Positions 59,742-64,000 of a stretch of DNA of 64,000 bases are shown one piece after another. The stretch is from positions 16,614 to 80,613 of the IMG/VR virus record IMGVR_UViG_3300025102_007089; one strand, written 5' to 3'. The notes beneath the pieces are model-generated. The model searched no databases. It was not told the DNA's origin and saw nothing but the letters and a program-made list of their open reading frames with translations. This stretch comes from a virus. The position numbers and the translations under genes were made by a program. Every line of letters starts with the position of its first letter. Position 1 is the first letter of the stretch.

Positions 59742-60944
59742 ATGGCCTTAGCATGTGAAATTTCTCCATTATCAGCATTCCTTTCAACAAATCTTAATAA
59801 TAAGATTGAAACATATGATAGATTGGGTGATAGAATTAAGAGAGCGTTAGGATATCCATTAGTATCTTTAGAAATACATACTGATCAGTTAAGAGAAAAT
59901 ATTCAGATAGCTGCAGAATATTTTACAAAATACGCCGGCTTTACAAGAGAGTTTTTAATCTTTGACTCTAATATGTATGAAACAAATAAAGGTATAAGAT
60001 TAGATTTTTTATATACTTTAGCTAATCAAGATCTAGATTCAAATGAGAAAAAGCAGGCTGGTACTAATCCATCAGGACCTGGTCCAGAGTTTTATGGTGA
60101 AGCACCAGATAGCGTTTTTGTTGCAACTTCTACTCTTAGTTCTAGTGTTTTCGAAAATATATCATTTGCTACTGAACCTTCTTTATCAGGATCATTATCA
60201 GCTGACTTTGGTACTGATATTGTTAAGGGGGAGATAATTGATCAAACAATTTATTCAGCTATAACATCTTTAAGCTCAGCAACAGGAGCTAATTACGGTA
60301 CCTCGCTTAGTGGTCATTTCGATAATACAATAAAGCATACATATACAATTAAAGGGGCAGAAACTGAAACTACAATATTTCAGAATGCATTTGATTATGA
60401 TGTAATGGATTATAGAAAAGTAGTTGATGTAGTCGACTTCGAAGAAGGTTCATCTGAAGGTATTAATACTTTATTTACACTAGAACAAACTCTAGCTCAG
60501 CAAACTTATTTCAGTTACGCTCTAGGAAACTATGGATTTGATTTACTTTCATGGTATACTATGAAGGAGTTTCTAGATATGAGAGAAAAATTATTAGCTA
60601 TTCATAGAGATGTACAATTTGATCCAAGAACCCAGTACTTGAGAATGTATCCGCAGCCAGGTACTGATAGATTTTATGGGGTAGTTTCATGTTACTTAGA
60701 ACGGCCATTAAGAGATGTAATAAAAGAGCAATGGGTATATGAATATGCATTAGCATTATCTATGATTACTATAGGAAGAGTTAGAGGTAAGTTTGGCAAT
60801 GTAAATTTATTAGGTGGAGGATCTTTAAATTATGATATGATACAAGAAGGTACTACAAAGAAGGAAGAGCTAGAGAAAAAATTAATGGAAGGAGCTGCTC
60901 CAGGATTAGGTGACGGTGAACCTTCTATGTTCTTTGTAGGCTAA
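59742..60944 (+). CDS. gp13: Neck protein gp13
   Basis: IKRALGYPLV.LEI..DQ, WVYEYALAL....GRVRGKF..V.L.GG..LN, FFVG. Confidence 0.88.
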   Translation: MALACEISPLSAFLSTNLNNKIETYDRLGDRIKRALGYPLVSLEIHTDQLRENIQIAAEYFTKYAGFTREFLIFDSNMYETNKGIRLDFLYTLANQDLDSNEKKQAGTNPSGPGPEFYGEAPDSVFVATSTLSSSVFENISFATEPSLSGSLSADFGTDIVKGEIIDQTIYSAITSLSSATGANYGTSLSGHFDNTIKHTYTIKGAETETTIFQNAFDYDVMDYRKVVDVVDFEEGSSEGINTLFTLEQTLAQQTYFSYALGNYGFDLLSWYTMKEFLDMREKLLAIHRDVQFDPRTQYLRMYPQPGTDRFYGVVSCYLERPLRDVIKEQWVYEYALALSMITIGRVRGKFGNVNLLGGGSLNYDMIQEGTTKKEELEKKLMEGAAPGLGDGEPSMFFVG

Positions 60945-61387
60945 TGAGAAGAAAGAAAAAATGGAGGCAGGGAGTATTTGTTCCACAAAACCAAAAAAAA
61001 TTTATAGGGGAGAGAGCAGTTTATAGATCAGGTCTTGAATTAAAGTTTTTTAGATTTTGCGATCAAAATAAAAATATAGTCCGGTGGGGTAGTGAGAATA
61101 TAATTATACCATATCGTAGTCCTCTTGATGATAGAATGCATAGATACTACGTTGATAATTATGTAGTTATCAAAGAAAAGAACGTCTTAAAAAAATACTG
61201 TGTTGAAATAAAACCATCAGCTCAAACTAAAAAACCACAAACAAAATACCGTAAAAAGCAACATCTTATTTACGAGCAAAAAATGTACGTTACTAACGTT
61301 GCTAAGTGGAAAGCAGCTAGAGAGTATTGTAAAAAAAGGGGTTATACCTTTCTTATTTTAACTGAGAAGGAGCTTTTTAGTCGCTAG
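60944..61387 (+). CDS. gp4: Head completion nuclease gp4 (TnsA-like)
   Basis: YRSGLE.KF..FCD, WGSE...IPY.SP.D...HRYYVD, VEIKP..QT, KWKAA, F.ILTE. Confidence 0.92.
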   Translation: MRRKKKWRQGVFVPQNQKKFIGERAVYRSGLELKFFRFCDQNKNIVRWGSENIIIPYRSPLDDRMHRYYVDNYVVIKEKNVLKKYCVEIKPSAQTKKPQTKYRKKQHLIYEQKMYVTNVAKWKAAREYCKKRGYTFLILTEKELFSR

Positions 61388-61403
61388 CGCATAAATAACT
61401 TAT

Positions 61404-62069
61404 ATGGCTTTAAAATTGAATCTTGTAGTAGAGAACCCAGATGTAGCTGATGAGTTTGAGTACATTGAAGAAGAGACTAATAGAAATGAACCATCTAACC
61501 TTTACATTAAAGGTCCTTACATGATGGCTGAAGGGGTAAATAGAAATAATCGATTATATCCTCTAAACGAGCTTAAAAGAGAAGTTAAGCGCTATAATGA
61601 AGAAATGGTTATACCGGGTAGAGCCATGGGTGAGTTAAATCACCCTACTAGTGCTGATGTAGACCTTGAAAGAGCTTGTCATATGGTAACTGAAATAACG
61701 CAAGACGGTAATATTTTTTACGGTAAATCAAAAGTTTTAACAACACCATGTGGACAAATTGTACGTTCATTAATAAATGACGGTGTTAAAGTTGGTATGT
61801 CCTCTAGAGCATTAGGTACATTAGAAGAAGGAGCTGAGCATAATACTGTTAAAAATATGAAATTGGTTGCTGTAGATTGTGTAGCTGATCCTTCATATCC
61901 CAAAGCTTTTGTAAATGGAATTTTAGAATCTAAGCAATGGGTGTTAGCTGAAGACGGCAAATATGAGGAACATTACGATAATTTTGCAGCTAGTTTAGTT
62001 AATTTACCAAAAAAAGATGTAGAATCTTTTTTAACTAGTAGAATTTTAAGCTTTATCAAAAATTTGTAA
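61404..62069 (+). CDS. gp21: Prohead protease gp21
   Basis: NRNNRLYP, GELNHP, GMSSRALG, DCVADPS...AFVNGILE. Confidence 0.96.
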   Translation: MALKLNLVVENPDVADEFEYIEEETNRNEPSNLYIKGPYMMAEGVNRNNRLYPLNELKREVKRYNEEMVIPGRAMGELNHPTSADVDLERACHMVTEITQDGNIFYGKSKVLTTPCGQIVRSLINDGVKVGMSSRALGTLEEGAEHNTVKNMKLVAVDCVADPSYPKAFVNGILESKQWVLAEDGKYEEHYDNFAASLVNLPKKDVESFLTSRILSFIKNL

Positions 62070-62080
62070 TAAATAATAAT

Positions 62081-62227
62081 ATGTCAGAAGAAAAAAAGAA
62101 CATTACTAAGTTTATAGAACGACTTTCTTCTAAAAATTATGCCAAGGCGCATAAATATTTAAAGCAGGTTGTTGAAGATAAAATCTTAAAAAGAATTAAC
62201 AAAGCAACCGAAAAACCACTCTTTTAA
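62081..62227 (+). CDS. Small prohead core-like protein, 48 aa (not in ORF track)
   Basis: MSEEKKNITKFIERLSSKNYAKAHKYLKQVVEDKILKRINKATEKPLF, 5 nt after ATAAATA, between gp21 and gp22. Confidence 0.65.
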   Translation: MSEEKKNITKFIERLSSKNYAKAHKYLKQVVEDKILKRINKATEKPLF

Positions 62228-62229
62228 TT

Positions 62230-63075
62230 ATGAACCAAGAATTATTACCTGAAAGCTTAAAAGAAGTATTAACAGAAGAAAATGTTAGTGCTATTGAAAC
62301 AGCTATTAAACAAAAAGTTGAATTAACAGTTGAAGCGGCATTAGCTAATCAAGACGAATTATATTCGGAGAAGCTTGAAACATTAGTTGCTGCTATTGAT
62401 AAAGATCATACTTCTAAATTAAAAAGAGTGGTAGAAGCTGTTGATACTAATAACGCCAATAAGCTTATTAAGGTAGTTAAAAAATATGAAAAGGATTTAA
62501 ACGAAAGTGCTAGTGATTTTAAAGAGACATTAGTTGAATCTATTTCAGATTACCTTGAAGAGTATATTGATGAGAGTATTCCTCAGCAAGCTATTGAAGA
62601 GGCAACACAAAACAGAACTGCTACCGAAGTATTAAGTAATTTAAGAAAGGTTCTTGCAGTTGATTCTTCTTTAATGTCAGAATCAGTTAAAGCTGCAGTA
62701 GTTGACGGTAAGACACAAATTGATAATCTTACAGAGCAACTTAACGAGCTTAAGAAAGAGAATGAAGTTCTTAAAGAAGGATTTATGGAAACTAAAGCTA
62801 ACTTGTTCTTAGAGCAAAAAACAGCTAAACTTCCAGCACAAAAAAGAGACTATCTAGTCAAAGTTTTAGGTGATAAGTCACCTTCATTCATTGAAGAGAA
62901 CTTTGAATATACGGCTAGACTTTTTGATAAAAAGGAGCAAGAGAGGTTAGAGGTTATAAAAGAGGAAGCTTTTGATAATCGTCAAGTAAAAGCAGATGCT
63001 CCTGTTGAAACAATTTCGGAAGAAAAAAGTGAAGTACGTAATCCTTATTTAGAGGAATTACATCGTATGAAATAA
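62230..63075 (+). CDS. gp22: Prohead scaffolding/core protein gp22
   Basis: Acidic coiled coil with LVESISDYLE, located between gp21 and gp23. Confidence 0.85.
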   Translation: MNQELLPESLKEVLTEENVSAIETAIKQKVELTVEAALANQDELYSEKLETLVAAIDKDHTSKLKRVVEAVDTNNANKLIKVVKKYEKDLNESASDFKETLVESISDYLEEYIDESIPQQAIEEATQNRTATEVLSNLRKVLAVDSSLMSESVKAAVVDGKTQIDNLTEQLNELKKENEVLKEGFMETKANLFLEQKTAKLPAQKRDYLVKVLGDKSPSFIEENFEYTARLFDKKEQERLEVIKEEAFDNRQVKADAPVETISEEKSEVRNPYLEELHRMK

Positions 63076-63094
63076 TTTATCGCCCCGAACAATG

Positions 63095-63154
63095 AGGTGC
63101 TAGCCACCTGAGTAGCATGGGATATATCCCATGAGGTTACAATAAGAAAGGAAA
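63095..63154 (+). promoter_or_regulatory. Structured gp23 leader with Shine-Dalgarno-like sequence
   Basis: Hairpin AGGTG/CACCT (63095-63109), 18-bp palindrome CATGGGATATATCCCATG (63116-63133), then AAAGGAAA before ATG 63160. Confidence 0.6.
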
Positions 63155-63159
63155 CGATT

Positions 63160-64000
63160 ATGAACAAACCACAATCATTTATCGATAGAGATAGAGCCGA
63201 TGCACTACTTGAAAAGTGGGCACCTGTTCTTGACTACACTTCTGATAGTATTAAGCCTATTGAAGACGATCACACTCGTTTAAATACAGCAGTTCTCTTG
63301 GAAAACCAGGAGAGATGGTGTATTGAGGAAGATAACTCTGGCGGCGCTGGCGGCGGCGGAGCTTTCGGTGGTGGTGCTACTGTTGGAGGGGTTTATAACC
63401 CTAACCACGGTGGAGGAAATGCAGGAGACACTCTTGTAAATTCTCAAGACACCTACGCTACTGGTGATGCACGTCTTCCAAAAGTGCTTATTCCGATGAT
63501 TCGTCGTACGTTCCCTGAGCTTATCACCAATGAAATCGTTGGTGTCCAGCCTATGTCAGGTCCTGTTGGACTTGCATTTGCGCTTCGTTATGCCTACCAG
63601 TCCTCTGCCTTAGGTACAGGAACTGATGGTACTTCGGATCGCAATACTAACACTGGTCCTGGTAACATTCCTGCTCCTGATGGTGCAGCGGGTGCTGTCG
63701 GACAAGTGTACAATGGTGCTACTGGACTCAACGACGACGAGCTTGGTTATCAATTACTTGATACCAGGTTCACTGGTTCATCCTCCCAGAGACTCTCTGG
63801 AAGTTCTGACTGGTCATTTGCCGATCAGGACAGAGGTGTTGCTCAGATTCTTTCTGCTTTTGAGATTACTGGAAACATTCCTCAGGTTGAGGTTAAGTTC
63901 GAGAAGACCGCTGTTGAGGCCGGCACACGCCGCCTTGGCGCACGTTGGTCCGTCGAGCTTGAGCAAGACCTTAAGAACATGAACGGTATCGATATTGATG
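63160..64000 (+). CDS. gp23: Major capsid protein gp23 (3' truncated by the window; not in ORF track)
   Basis: LLEKWAPVLD, TAVLLENQ, LIPMIRRTFPEL...IVGVQPMSGPVGLAFALRY, EKTAVEAGTRRL.ARWSVELEQDLK. Confidence 0.97.
   Translation, partial: MNKPQSFIDRDRADALLEKWAPVLDYTSDSIKPIEDDHTRLNTAVLLENQERWCIEEDNSGGAGGGGAFGGGATVGGVYNPNHGGGNAGDTLVNSQDTYATGDARLPKVLIPMIRRTFPELITNEIVGVQPMSGPVGLAFALRYAYQSSALGTGTDGTSDRNTNTGPGNIPAPDGAAGAVGQVYNGATGLNDDELGYQLLDTRFTGSSSQRLSGSSDWSFADQDRGVAQILSAFEITGNIPQVEVKFEKTAVEAGTRRLGARWSVELEQDLKNMNGIDID

Noticed and set aside
60944-61387. Tn7 TnsA transposase / mobile element
   Set aside because: The TnsA-like fold here is the T4 gp4 head completion protein in a head-gene context, with no other transposon genes.
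63081-63150. Hammerhead ribozyme or terminator upstream of gp23
   Set aside because: No CUGANGA/GAAA core in the right arrangement, and no U-tract after the hairpins.
63626-63982. 118-aa ORF in the ORF track
   Set aside because: Out-of-frame overlap within gp23, which runs from 63160 past the window end.
1-64000. Genome-wide TGA reassignment (code 4 or 25) as the explanation for the in-frame TGA
   Set aside because: Trp is encoded by TGG, conserved genes are intact under code 11, and TGA ends genes in ATGA overlaps (e.g. 9228-9231, 12381-12384, 15043-15046).

Overview
64 kb of a large, AT-rich T4-like myovirus genome using the standard code (TGG=Trp; TGA is a normal stop in several ATGA overlaps). 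The first ~20 kb holds replication/recombination genes (gp43, UvsX, gp41, gp32, gp45, RNase H, gp61) mixed with a QueC-like enzyme, a class II glutamine amidotransferase, two glycosyltransferases, an FkbM methyltransferase, Hsp20 and a structured ncRNA candidate. About 20-55 kb holds mostly minus-strand tail fibre, baseplate, tail and terminase genes, and 55-64 kb holds the head genes (gp14, gp20, gp13, gp4, gp21, gp22, start of gp23). Top finding: the late gene at 37646 has an in-frame TGA at codon 112 (H-D-*-A-S-H) inside a SECIS-like hairpin, and the frame continues for 64 more codons. This suggests a phage-encoded, possibly virion-packaged selenoprotein. Other notable signals are a ~170-nt multi-stem RNA with a tRNA-like 3' end, widespread leaderless promoter architecture, an LS[AG] motif enriched in virion proteins, and a QueC lacking most Zn ligands next to a standalone GATase. 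All calls come from motif recognition by eye; no database searches were run.
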